This document shows, in pieces, positions 46,450 to 54,850 of a stretch of DNA of 64,000 bases (the first letter of the stretch is position 1; the number at the start of each line of letters is the position of its first letter). Below the pieces are notes generated by a model, which worked only from the letters and a program-made list of their open reading frames with translations, was not told the DNA's origin and made no database searches. The stretch comes from an uncultured Gammaproteobacteria bacterium (lineage in GTDB: Bacteria; Patescibacteriota; Microgenomatia; Levybacterales; UBA12049): NCBI GenBank assembly GCA_964579845.1, contig CAZOHC010000001.1:27196-91195 (forward strand), read 5' to 3'. The translations under genes were made by a program, and so were the position numbers.

Positions 46450-47685
46450 TCAGCACCTGACATCCCGCCGACAGGAAACATTCTGACAGTTGGTTATGAG
46501 CTGATTATACGGTCGTTTATTTTCGAATTTGCAGTGAGGACAGGAAAACGTCAGTTTCCCGTAGCGATCGGTTGCTACCCCGAATTCCATAACACTGAAA
46601 GGAACACTCATTCCGAGGTCTAGTTTACCTCCTCCTGAGAAAGCTTCCTGAGCACCTATACTGAACCCTCCTGAAAACCCACATCCTGTCGTTACCTCTC
46701 TGACAGGCAACCTTCCCCAGTAGCTGATCTGCTCGTCGATACTTTCTTCATCAGCAACCCCCCGCTGATACAGTGTTACCCATTTCCCCGTATCTCGTGT
46801 TTCCCGCTCGAGGTGATCTGCTTTATTCATAATCGTATTTAACAACGTATTTCTCTCCGTAATCGCCCATGGACGTGTGGCGAGAACATTAATATATGCC
46901 AAAAAAAGCGGCTCACATCCTTTAAGGATGTATTCATAGTCCTCACGTGACAGTGTCGTATGCTCCTTATGAAGCACGTTGTGAATATCATCAGCTGAGG
47001 TAAGTCCTGTCTGATCAGGATCAATCATGATCGGTTTACTGAGGAAGTAAGCATCAAACGGCAGATCGGTATATTCATGTTCAGCAAAATACCCGGGAGA
47101 AACTGAGGCAGCAAAGTCGATATACTCATGCCTTTCCAGTGCGGAGCTATAACGGGAAACTTCGATGACACGCTCATCGTTCTTTTCTCTGAGGGTGAAA
47201 ATGTCATAAAAATTATGTTTATACTCCGAATCTTCCCCACCAGGAGGCGAAAGCGAGATCATCCTCGTCCCGACAGGTGTTGTTTCAATCCCGAGAACTT
47301 CCTGTATCTTCGAAAACCCATCCAACTCAGCCTGTTCACGCATTCTGTCATGGTCTGACGAATTTTCATATCGATAATCCCGTCCGCGAGCAAAAACAGT
47401 CTCCAAGGGTTCATCTGAGAATGTGCTATAGATTTTCCCGCCCATGACCCTGTCTTCCCGACTGCTGATACCGGCGTTATACCGTTCACCAAGCATTGTC
47501 TTGAGATTAAAGACCGTTTCCCCATCCAGCATAGCTTTTTTCGCTGCATATTCCTCGGGTAATGTGTCCTTAAGTGCATTGAGCGCTTCGTACTTCTGTG
47601 AATCAAAATCCGGATTATATGTCAGATGACGCTCTTTTTCTGTTCGAACTTCTTTTACATATGGTCTGCTTTCTATTGTTTGCAT
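46450..47685 (-). CDS. hypothetical soluble protein with a C-terminal CPHC...C..C zinc ribbon
   Basis: 411 aa from ATG 47685 (SD GAGGAG inside the leader hairpin); no recognisable catalytic motif; first gene downstream of riboswitch-like leader 2. Confidence 0.5.
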   Translation of the reverse strand: MQTIESRPYVKEVRTEKERHLTYNPDFDSQKYEALNALKDTLPEEYAAKKAMLDGETVFNLKTMLGERYNAGISSREDRVMGGKIYSTFSDEPLETVFARGRDYRYENSSDHDRMREQAELDGFSKIQEVLGIETTPVGTRMISLSPPGGEDSEYKHNFYDIFTLREKNDERVIEVSRYSSALERHEYIDFAASVSPGYFAEHEYTDLPFDAYFLSKPIMIDPDQTGLTSADDIHNVLHKEHTTLSREDYEYILKGCEPLFLAYINVLATRPWAITERNTLLNTIMNKADHLERETRDTGKWVTLYQRGVADEESIDEQISYWGRLPVREVTTGCGFSGGFSIGAQEAFSGGGKLDLGMSVPFSVMEFGVATDRYGKLTFSCPHCKFENKRPYNQLITNCQNVSCRRDVRC

Positions 47686-47840
47686 AAAAAAACTCCTCAC
47701 TACCGAGGAGCATGCATCATACTGCACTTCTACTCGGAAGATTTCTTGGGCTCTGACTTATCTCGCCTGCGGCGGAATCACAGTTGCGGTACAGTGCTTG
47801 AATCACACAAGCTTCACCTCTGACTTTTCCAGATTACTTC
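47686..47840 (-). ncRNA. cobalamin-riboswitch-like leader 2 (aptamer core GGUGAAG...AUUC...ACCGCAACUGUGA; expression platform = SD-sequestering hairpin plus U7 abutting the ATG)
   Basis: Minus-strand RNA GGAAAAGUCAGAGGUGAAGCUUGUGUGAUUCAAGCACUGUACCGCAACUGUGAUUCCGCCGCAGGCGAGAUAAGUCAGAGCCC...GCUCCUCGGUAGUGAGGAGUUUUUUUAUG; its 5' end overlaps the last codons of pduO; paralogous to leader 1. Confidence 0.45.
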
Positions 47841-48356
47841 TTTTTTTTGATCATGATAATTAATCAGACGTGCACTACTGAAAAGCAGGTCAGACAGCCG
47901 ATTCAGGTATCTGAGAACATCCTCTTCTATCGGCTCTTGTTGTATCAGCAAGACAATACATCTTTCTGCCCGCCTGCATACTGTTCTGGCATGATGGAGC
48001 GCTGCGCCTCCTGTTCCGCCGCCCGGGAGGATAAAGTTTCGAAGCGCGGGAAGTTCAGCGGTTTGCGCATCGATCAGTGACTCAAACACCGAAATTCGTT
48101 CACCAATCCCCGACAGCTGTGTTGCAGATGGGTTTGAGAGATAGGATCCGATCGTGAAAAGGTCATGTTGAATCGCTGTCAGCTCTTGCAGTAACGCACT
48201 CTCACGATCGGGAAGTGTTGCGAGCACCATCCCCAGTACACTATTTAATTCATCAACCGTACCGTATGACTCTACCCGGAGATCTGATTTCAGGACGCGC
48301 TTTCCTCCCATGAGTGACGTTTTTCCCTTATCCCCTGTTCGTGTGTAGATTTTCAT
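47814..48356 (-). CDS. pduO: ATP:cob(I)alamin adenosyltransferase, PduO type
   Basis: MKIYTRTGDKGKTSLMGG...; 180 aa; PduO/MMAB family N-terminal signature. Confidence 0.85.
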   Translation of the reverse strand: MKIYTRTGDKGKTSLMGGKRVLKSDLRVESYGTVDELNSVLGMVLATLPDRESALLQELTAIQHDLFTIGSYLSNPSATQLSGIGERISVFESLIDAQTAELPALRNFILPGGGTGGAALHHARTVCRRAERCIVLLIQQEPIEEDVLRYLNRLSDLLFSSARLINYHDQKKEVIWKSQR

Positions 48357-48895
48357 TCTTTTTTTAATGCCGTCGCACGTGGTATGAAAAATGCGCGGAC
48401 GATTTCATACCCTCCGAAGAAAAGAGCCGTATACATGAGATCACTCAGGACGGTGTTCCTAAAAAACGGAAGTGCATAGTAATAGGCATCCATCAGTCCT
48501 GACACGGTCTTTGGGTACAGCAGTCCTCCCATCCAGACACCGAAGTTCGTCAGAAGAAAGAACAACAATGACGACGTTAATGATGCGAGCAGGACAGTCG
48601 AAACCCTGGTGTGTTTTTTCAGTGCCATACCCAAAAACGCCGTCAAGAGAAAACTGCCGTACACGTAAGGCATCGTATCATGGAAGCCGATAATCACATC
48701 CGAGAGAAACATAGCACCGAGCGGAAGGATGAGGGCATATCGTTTGTCCAGGTAAAAACCGCTGAACAGCGCCAAGGCAGCGATTGGGGCGAAGTTTGGT
48801 GCATGCGGTATGACACGAATCAGTACTGCAACAGAGATGATGACAAGCGGCAGCAGGAACGGGGTGATCGCACTTAGTAGGTTTCTATTTTCCAT
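48353..48895 (-). CDS. solitary ECF-S-component-like membrane protein (BtuM/DUF6580-like, putative vitamin transporter)
   Basis: 180 aa, about 6 TM; N-terminal PHAPNFAPIAALALFSG pattern of the DUF6580/S-component type; lies between the DUF4430 and PduO genes. Confidence 0.45.
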   Translation of the reverse strand: MENRNLLSAITPFLLPLVIISVAVLIRVIPHAPNFAPIAALALFSGFYLDKRYALILPLGAMFLSDVIIGFHDTMPYVYGSFLLTAFLGMALKKHTRVSTVLLASLTSSLLFFLLTNFGVWMGGLLYPKTVSGLMDAYYYALPFFRNTVLSDLMYTALFFGGYEIVRAFFIPRATALKKE

Positions 48896-49275
48896 TCGAT
48901 ACGGTCTCCTTCCTTCGTAATGTATTGTTGAGGCCCGACAGGAGAAGAGGTTCCGTTCACATAAAATGCCCAGAACTCTCGCTTGTCAGCTTCTGCTTCC
49001 CGTCCGTTAATTGAGGTAACAAGGCCGGCCTCGTCCTGCGTTATCTGATAGTAACGCTCAAGAAGTAATAAAGCATTGACGCCTTCCTGTCCTTCATAGG
49101 AATAGTGAGGTTCTGCTGCAGGACGTATTTCTTCTTGCGAAGCAGGCGTCGTATTCCGGCTCGCAGTCTGTGATGGTGTGAGACGAACAAGCGTAGCTCC
49201 GACAGCGATCAACGTCACGACAGAGACAACTATGAGTATCAGTTTATATTTATGTTGTTGTAACACGTTCTGCAT
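48874..49275 (-). CDS. DUF4430 (transcobalamin/IF-beta-like) putative cobalamin-binding protein
   Basis: N-terminal anchor; ALLLLERYYQITQDEAGLVTSINGREAEADKREFWAFYVNGTSSPVG...GDRIEWK matches the DUF4430 signature (W.YYVNG...GD.I.W). Start at MQNVLQQ (49275) directly after the U-run of leader 1. Confidence 0.7.
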   Translation of the reverse strand: MQNVLQQHKYKLILIVVSVVTLIAVGATLVRLTPSQTASRNTTPASQEEIRPAAEPHYSYEGQEGVNALLLLERYYQITQDEAGLVTSINGREAEADKREFWAFYVNGTSSPVGPQQYITKEGDRIEWKIETY

Positions 49276-49419
49276 AAAAAAACTCCTCACCCGAGGAGTA
49301 TAGTCATCGTACGAACGATGCTTCCTGCTCGGGATAGAAACTACTGACTCGTTTTCTGACTGTCACAGTTACGGCATAGCCACGGACTTGCACCGTGCTT
49401 TCCGAATCAGTAGGATAGA
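49276..49419 (-). ncRNA. cobalamin-riboswitch-like leader 1 (GGUGCAAGUCC...GCCGUAACUGUGA core; hairpin+U7 platform that sequesters the SD)
   Basis: Minus-strand RNA ...GGAAAGCACGGUGCAAGUCCGUGGCUAUGCCGUAACUGUGACAGUCAGAAAACGAG...CUCCUCGGGUGAGGAGUUUUUUUAUG fills the 145-nt nrdJ/DUF4430 intergenic region; resembles the RF00174 core (GGUGnnAAUCC, CCGCnACUGU). Confidence 0.5.
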
Positions 49420-51903
49420 TTAACATTCGCTATAGCCACAACTATAGCATTTTTTACAACCCTCTTCATACGCAAAACTACTGGTTCCGCACTCAGGGCA
49501 GATATCAAATAGGTTTGTTGTGGAGCTTGATAGATCATAGCCTTTTTCCTGAGGGATCATCGCAAGCTGTCCTTGAGGAACTGCTGCTTCGGAAGAAACT
49601 TGCTCTGAGGGTTCATCATGTTTCACACCGCTTCCGTTCGTGCTCCCTGCTGATACTGTCGCCGGAGACTGGAGCACCTGCGCGACAACTTCTTTATCTT
49701 CGACTTTCCCGTTTACTTTAAAATTTGAGTGCTTCGCAAGTGTTTTCGCCACGGCATCCGGTAATGAGCGAACCCGATTCTCTCCGAATCCGATGCTTCT
49801 TGCACCGCCCAGACCTGATAATTCCGAGATGATCTCTCGCATACGCTCTCGTGTCGGAACAGGGCTGTGAACACGGAGAACAAAAGAAATCATTCTGCCT
49901 AAAGCATCTGCCATTGCCATCAGGTCTGAACCTGATTTACCGTTATTAATAAAGACCTCAAACGGCTCGTTCTTCTCGTTGTGATTAATCGTGATATAGG
50001 TTTTCCCCGTCGGACTGGCTGTTTTATATGTGGTTCCGGTCAGCATCATCGGTCGGGACACACGAGGTGTGGCAGGAATAACAGGTTCAACAGGCACTGA
50101 TTTTTCAGCAGCTTGTTTATCAACAGCAGCATCTTTCTTTTTCTCATCAACGCGCTCTAACACACCAGCACGTGAGCCGTCGCGGAAATACGTTACACCT
50201 TTCAGCCCCATATCATAGGCCATCATATATAACGTCTTCACGTCATCAATGGTATGAGCATTCGGTGCGTTAACGGTTTTGGAAATCGAAGAATCAATAT
50301 ACTCCTGAGCAACTGCCTGCACTCGAGCGTGCTCAAGCGGCGTCAGGTCATTGGATGAGACAAAGTAGTCAGGTCGCTCTTCAGTCGGGTGAGCGTTTTT
50401 CCAGATCTCAAGCAGTGGATGGTACAGGATGTGCTCGCCTGTTCTGTCACGTCGAACAAAGGTAAACTCATATACAGGCTCAATTCCTGATGAAACACCG
50501 GAGAGGAGGGATGTGGTTCCGGTTGGAGCAATTGTTAACAGGACAGCATTGCGAATACCGTTTTTCGCGATTTTGTTCTGGATTGCTTTCGGGAGTGCTT
50601 TAATGTGATGGCCTTGCATGTATTTGTCCGCATCAAACATCGGGAACGCACCTTTTTCTTTCGCAATATCAGCTGATGCGTCGTATGCATTATCTCTGAG
50701 TGTTGCGAAGATCTTCTTAATAACCGGAAGTGATTCCTCAGAGCCATATCGGATTTTCATTTTGATTAGAGCATCTGCAATACCCATAATTCCCAGACCT
50801 GTTCTTCTGATATCTTTTGCACATTTTTCATTTTCTTTATAGAAGTAATAGGTATCGTCAATAACATTGTCTAAAAAGCGCATCGCGATACGCACGTCAT
50901 TCCCGAATGCCTCGTAATCAAACGTACCAGCTTTATCATTGGCGAGGTCTTCTCCTTTGACATACGCTGAGAGGTTCATCGCACCGAGATTACAGACAGC
51001 CCATGGGCCAAGCGGCTGTTCTCCGCATGGATTGGTCGCCTGCAGTCGTTCAAAATACCAGGTATTACTCCATTTATTTGAGCGCTCCAGGAAGTGAAGG
51101 CCGGGCTCAGCTGATTTCCAGGCAGCGGTACAGATCAGATCCCAGAGTTCCCGCGCTTTAACTGTTTTATAGACTTTCACTGCTCCGCCGAGTTCTTTCC
51201 ACTTTGCCATATCGCCGTCCCAGTCTGAATCATACTTCGGATCATCAAGATCAGGATACATGAGGTCCCAGTCCGAATCATCTTTGACAGCCTGCATAAA
51301 TGAGTCAGAAATACAGACAGAGAGATTCGCACCGTTAATTTTTGAGACATCCTGTTTTACCGTAATAAACTCCTCAACATCAGGATGCCAATCCCAGAGC
51401 ATGAGCATGGTAGCACCGCGACGCGAACCACCCTGCTGCACAATATCATGGGTTGCGACTGAGAAGAGGTTTGCCCAGTTGACAGGCCCTGAGGACGTCC
51501 CGTTTACCTTACGGACACGAGCTCCACGAGGTCGGAGTGAGGATAGGTTCAGCCCGACCCCGCCTGAGCGAGCTTGAATTTCAACTAATTGGCCAAGGGA
51601 TTCGAGGATACCGCCACGGGAATCTTTCGGAGATGGAATCACAAAGCAGTTAAAATACGTAACCTGGTAATCAGTTCCTGCTCCTGAGAGGATACGACCG
51701 CCCGGGACAAATTTAAAATCCGTCATGACGTCGTAAAACTTTTTCTGCCATTCACGGCGGACTTCTTTACTTTCTTGTTTAGCAACCCCACGGGCAACTC
51801 GCTTCCACATCTCTTCAGGAGTAGTCTCCGTCGGATCTCCGGCTTCATTCTTTAAGGAATAGCGATCTAAGAATACTTTTTGTCTGATACCGTCAAGTTT
51901 CAT
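49420..51903 (-). CDS. nrdJ: adenosylcobalamin-dependent (class II) ribonucleotide reductase
   Basis: 827 aa; NCFVIPSP..GGVGLNLSSLRPRGARV, NPCGEQPL, C-terminal C..C...C..C zinc ribbon. Confidence 0.9.
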   Translation of the reverse strand: MKLDGIRQKVFLDRYSLKNEAGDPTETTPEEMWKRVARGVAKQESKEVRREWQKKFYDVMTDFKFVPGGRILSGAGTDYQVTYFNCFVIPSPKDSRGGILESLGQLVEIQARSGGVGLNLSSLRPRGARVRKVNGTSSGPVNWANLFSVATHDIVQQGGSRRGATMLMLWDWHPDVEEFITVKQDVSKINGANLSVCISDSFMQAVKDDSDWDLMYPDLDDPKYDSDWDGDMAKWKELGGAVKVYKTVKARELWDLICTAAWKSAEPGLHFLERSNKWSNTWYFERLQATNPCGEQPLGPWAVCNLGAMNLSAYVKGEDLANDKAGTFDYEAFGNDVRIAMRFLDNVIDDTYYFYKENEKCAKDIRRTGLGIMGIADALIKMKIRYGSEESLPVIKKIFATLRDNAYDASADIAKEKGAFPMFDADKYMQGHHIKALPKAIQNKIAKNGIRNAVLLTIAPTGTTSLLSGVSSGIEPVYEFTFVRRDRTGEHILYHPLLEIWKNAHPTEERPDYFVSSNDLTPLEHARVQAVAQEYIDSSISKTVNAPNAHTIDDVKTLYMMAYDMGLKGVTYFRDGSRAGVLERVDEKKKDAAVDKQAAEKSVPVEPVIPATPRVSRPMMLTGTTYKTASPTGKTYITINHNEKNEPFEVFINNGKSGSDLMAMADALGRMISFVLRVHSPVPTRERMREIISELSGLGGARSIGFGENRVRSLPDAVAKTLAKHSNFKVNGKVEDKEVVAQVLQSPATVSAGSTNGSGVKHDEPSEQVSSEAAVPQGQLAMIPQEKGYDLSSSTTNLFDICPECGTSSFAYEEGCKKCYSCGYSEC

Positions 51904-51906
51904 AGT

Positions 51907-52356
51907 TTAATTAGTTAAGGTCTTCACTTCTTTTTCAAAATCCTCTGCATCAACAAACCGTTTAAAGACACTCGCAAATCTGATATAGGCGACTTTATCG
52001 AGTTTTTTCAGCTCACCTGCAACGATCTCACCTATTCTCGCACTCTCAATCTCACTTTTCTCAGCGCACCTGGTCTCCCGTTCGATTGCAGTCACAATCC
52101 GCTCTATCTCTCCTACAGGAACAACTGTTTTCTCACATGCCCTGAGAATTCCTGTTTTTAATTTATCCCGATCAAAACGTTCACGTTTTCCGTCACGTTT
52201 GATCACGATCAAATTAACTGTTTCGATACGCTCATACGTCGTAAACCGCTTCGCACATGAAAAGCATGCCCTCCGCCTTCTGATCGTATCTAGGTCTTCA
52301 TTATCCCGTGTTTCAACAACTTCTGTTTCCCGGCTACCGCAATAAGGACAATGCAT
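51907..52356 (-). CDS. nrdR: transcriptional repressor NrdR
   Basis: MHCPYCGSRETEVVETR...CFSCAKRF zinc ribbon plus ATP-cone; start at internal ATG 52356. Confidence 0.9.
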   Translation of the reverse strand: MHCPYCGSRETEVVETRDNEDLDTIRRRRACFSCAKRFTTYERIETVNLIVIKRDGKRERFDRDKLKTGILRACEKTVVPVGEIERIVTAIERETRCAEKSEIESARIGEIVAGELKKLDKVAYIRFASVFKRFVDAEDFEKEVKTLTN

Positions 52357-52395
52357 ACATCTCGTTTCTCCAGTATTTCGAGCCTGATCCGAAAA

Positions 52396-52445
52396 CACTA
52401 GATTTAGTATCCAAGAAAATCATAGGCCACTACATAGGTAGTGTC
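52396..52445 (-). promoter_or_regulatory. two NrdR-box-like palindromes upstream of nrdR-nrdJ
   Basis: cACTAGATTTAGTat (52396-52410) and cCACTACATAGGTAGTGtc (52427-52445), centres about 33 bp apart; resemble the NrdR-box consensus acaCTAtATaTAGtgt. Confidence 0.45.
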
Positions 52446-52522
52446 AAGAGATCAGAATAGATCAGGAAAAAAGCTTATGCGTAACGACATGTATTCCATA
52501 ATGTTTTCTTACATTTCAGGAC

Positions 52523-53086
52523 CTATTTCCCCGCGACAGAACCGGCAAGTTGTATATACTCCCGGGAACGTTTTAAAAGGAGTGAAAAATCTTCTTTCTT
52601 CTCTCCATCGAACCGGTCAGCTTCCTTGTGCAGCAGCTCATCATGTTTTTGGGCTGCAGTATAGAGTTTATCAGGAAGAGTGCCGAGTGTGTCTTTAACT
52701 GACGGATCTTCACGCTGTATGGTTGATAAGCCTGTTATCGCTTCATGCAGGTAGTTTTGTCCTTTAGAAATAGTAGTTATGGCGAGTCCGACATCCGGGT
52801 CTTCCTTATGCAGAAGAAATAAACCTGCTTGAAGCCGTTTATCTGCTTGCAAAAGATCAAACTCAGCTTTTTTTACAGGATCAGCAATAAAAAAACTCAC
52901 AATTCTGTCACGGGCTGCTTTCAGCAGATAAAAAGGATTATCAGGCAACAACCCGGGATATGGTAAGGCATATGAGACCGAAGGAACAGGTGTCGGTGTC
53001 TGGGTATCTATTTTTAGCGATTCTTGGGCAAATGAAGGAGTTACGAGGAGAAACAGGAAAACTACGACTGAAATGATACCTTTCAT
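52523..53086 (-). CDS. secreted DUF5667-domain protein
   Basis: Signal peptide; LPYPGLLPDNPFYLLKAARDRIVSFF motif characteristic of DUF5667. Confidence 0.6.
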   Translation of the reverse strand: MKGIISVVVFLFLLVTPSFAQESLKIDTQTPTPVPSVSYALPYPGLLPDNPFYLLKAARDRIVSFFIADPVKKAEFDLLQADKRLQAGLFLLHKEDPDVGLAITTISKGQNYLHEAITGLSTIQREDPSVKDTLGTLPDKLYTAAQKHDELLHKEADRFDGEKKEDFSLLLKRSREYIQLAGSVAGK

Positions 53087-53110
53087 AGTTGCGCTCCTAT
53101 ACTACTCAAA

Positions 53111-53764
53111 TTACTCAGTGTTTGCAAGCGAATGATCAGGGAGCAGTGCCATTCTTTGGGCATTCATAATCGCTTCGACTGCGCGAAGTGTTTCATCAAG
53201 AGCATTGTCTTCGTTTTCAACGAGGTAATCACAGTCCCGATATTGCTTCATTTCCCAAACGACTAACGGTTCGTTCCACCTAATCTTGGCCTTTTCTTCA
53301 CCTTCTGATGCGTATACACGCCGCTTCATTTCAGTAATGTTGGGTGCGGAGATATAGACAAAGACAGATCTTGGCACCATTTCTTTTATTTTTGCTTTAA
53401 TATTCTTCACGCCCTTTGCCTCAATCCGCCAGACAACATCAACACCCTGTGCCAACGCATCGGTCAGAGTTTTTTTCTGCGTTCCGTAGAGCTCTCCTCG
53501 AAACTCTACCCATTCAAAAAATGCTTCCTCAGCGATTAAACGTTCAAACTCTTCTCTGGAGAGGAAGTGATACGCCTTGCCTTCTTCTTCCCCGTCGCGT
53601 GGTTTCCTGCTCGTTGTTGTCACGATCTTTAGTGCAGTCGGGTACTTTTTTAAGAAGGCTGCGATAACGGTATCTTTTCCAGCACCACTCGGACCGGTCA
53701 AGACAAGCAAAACGCCTCGTTTCTTTTGGTCTGTCAGTTCTTCTTCAAGAGGTTTTACCATCAT
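53111..53764 (-). CDS. gmk: guanylate kinase
   Basis: LTGPSGAGKDT P-loop, TTTSRKPRDGEEEGKAYHF (GMP-binding), YISAP... Confidence 0.8.
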   Translation of the reverse strand: MMVKPLEEELTDQKKRGVLLVLTGPSGAGKDTVIAAFLKKYPTALKIVTTTSRKPRDGEEEGKAYHFLSREEFERLIAEEAFFEWVEFRGELYGTQKKTLTDALAQGVDVVWRIEAKGVKNIKAKIKEMVPRSVFVYISAPNITEMKRRVYASEGEEKAKIRWNEPLVVWEMKQYRDCDYLVENEDNALDETLRAVEAIMNAQRMALLPDHSLANTE

Positions 53765-54801
53765 ACCGCGGAGTTATGGACCAGGAGGACTTCTTCAACA
53801 AGCCGATTAGCGTAGCCATACTCATTATCATACCAGGCAATAATTTTCACCATATTCCCGCCGACCACCTGCGTCAGAGATAAATCAACAATAGAGGAAT
53901 GAGAGTTTCCGATAATGTCTGAGGAGACCAGCGGATCCTCGGTTACCATCATGATCCCTTTGTAAGCATCAGTCTCTGCTTCTTTTTTCAGTAAGTCATT
54001 TACTTCTTCAACAGTCGTATCTTTCTTTAACAGAAAGGTGAAATCAGAGAGTGATCCGACGGACACAGGAACGCGAATCGCGAGTCCGTTAAAAATTCCT
54101 TTCAGCTCAGGGATCGCCTCAGCAGCAGCAAGCGTCGCACCGGTCGACGTCGGAATAATATTCAGTCCCGCAGCTCGTGCTCGACGATAGTCTTTATGTC
54201 CTCCGTCATGGAGTCGTTGATCTGAGGTATATCCGTGGATCGTCGTCATCATTGCTTTTTCAATACCGTAGGTTTTCTGCATGATGTTAGCAACCGGTGA
54301 GATACAGTTCGTGGTACACGATGCATTACTGATTACTTTTTCTCCTTGGTACTGGTCAGCATTTACTGACAGAACATAGGTCGGGACTGATCCTCCTTTG
54401 ACAGGTGCTGAGAGGATAACTGCTTTCGCTCCTGCATCAAGGTGTTTTTTCAAGTCTTCCTCTTTCGTAAATGCACCGGTTGACTCGATAACCACATCAA
54501 CCTCGTGCTTTCCCCACGGAAGAAGTGAGGGATCGCGCTGAGAGTAAACAGGAATTTCCTTGCCATCAATGAGGAATGATCCGATATAATCACCTTTTTC
54601 TTCTGCCTTTTTAAAGGAAATATCCATCGGCAAAAATCCATAGACGGAGTCGTACTTGAGGAGATACATCCACCCTTCGATATCAGTCGAGTGACCTGCA
54701 TTAATCGCGACAACTTCAATCTCATCACTGTGGTGTTCAAGTATCACCCGATGCGCGACGCGCCCGATTCGACCGTAACCGTTAATCGCAACTTTTACCA
54801 T
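53761..54801 (-). CDS. gap: glyceraldehyde-3-phosphate dehydrogenase (type I)
   Basis: VAINGYGRIGR, SNASCTTNC, 346 aa. Confidence 0.95.
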   Translation of the reverse strand: MVKVAINGYGRIGRVAHRVILEHHSDEIEVVAINAGHSTDIEGWMYLLKYDSVYGFLPMDISFKKAEEKGDYIGSFLIDGKEIPVYSQRDPSLLPWGKHEVDVVIESTGAFTKEEDLKKHLDAGAKAVILSAPVKGGSVPTYVLSVNADQYQGEKVISNASCTTNCISPVANIMQKTYGIEKAMMTTIHGYTSDQRLHDGGHKDYRRARAAGLNIIPTSTGATLAAAEAIPELKGIFNGLAIRVPVSVGSLSDFTFLLKKDTTVEEVNDLLKKEAETDAYKGIMMVTEDPLVSSDIIGNSHSSIVDLSLTQVVGGNMVKIIAWYDNEYGYANRLVEEVLLVHNSAV

Positions 54802-54850
54802 ATATCTAAACTATACCGAAGACATGTTTATTACGCAAGTAGAAATCCCA

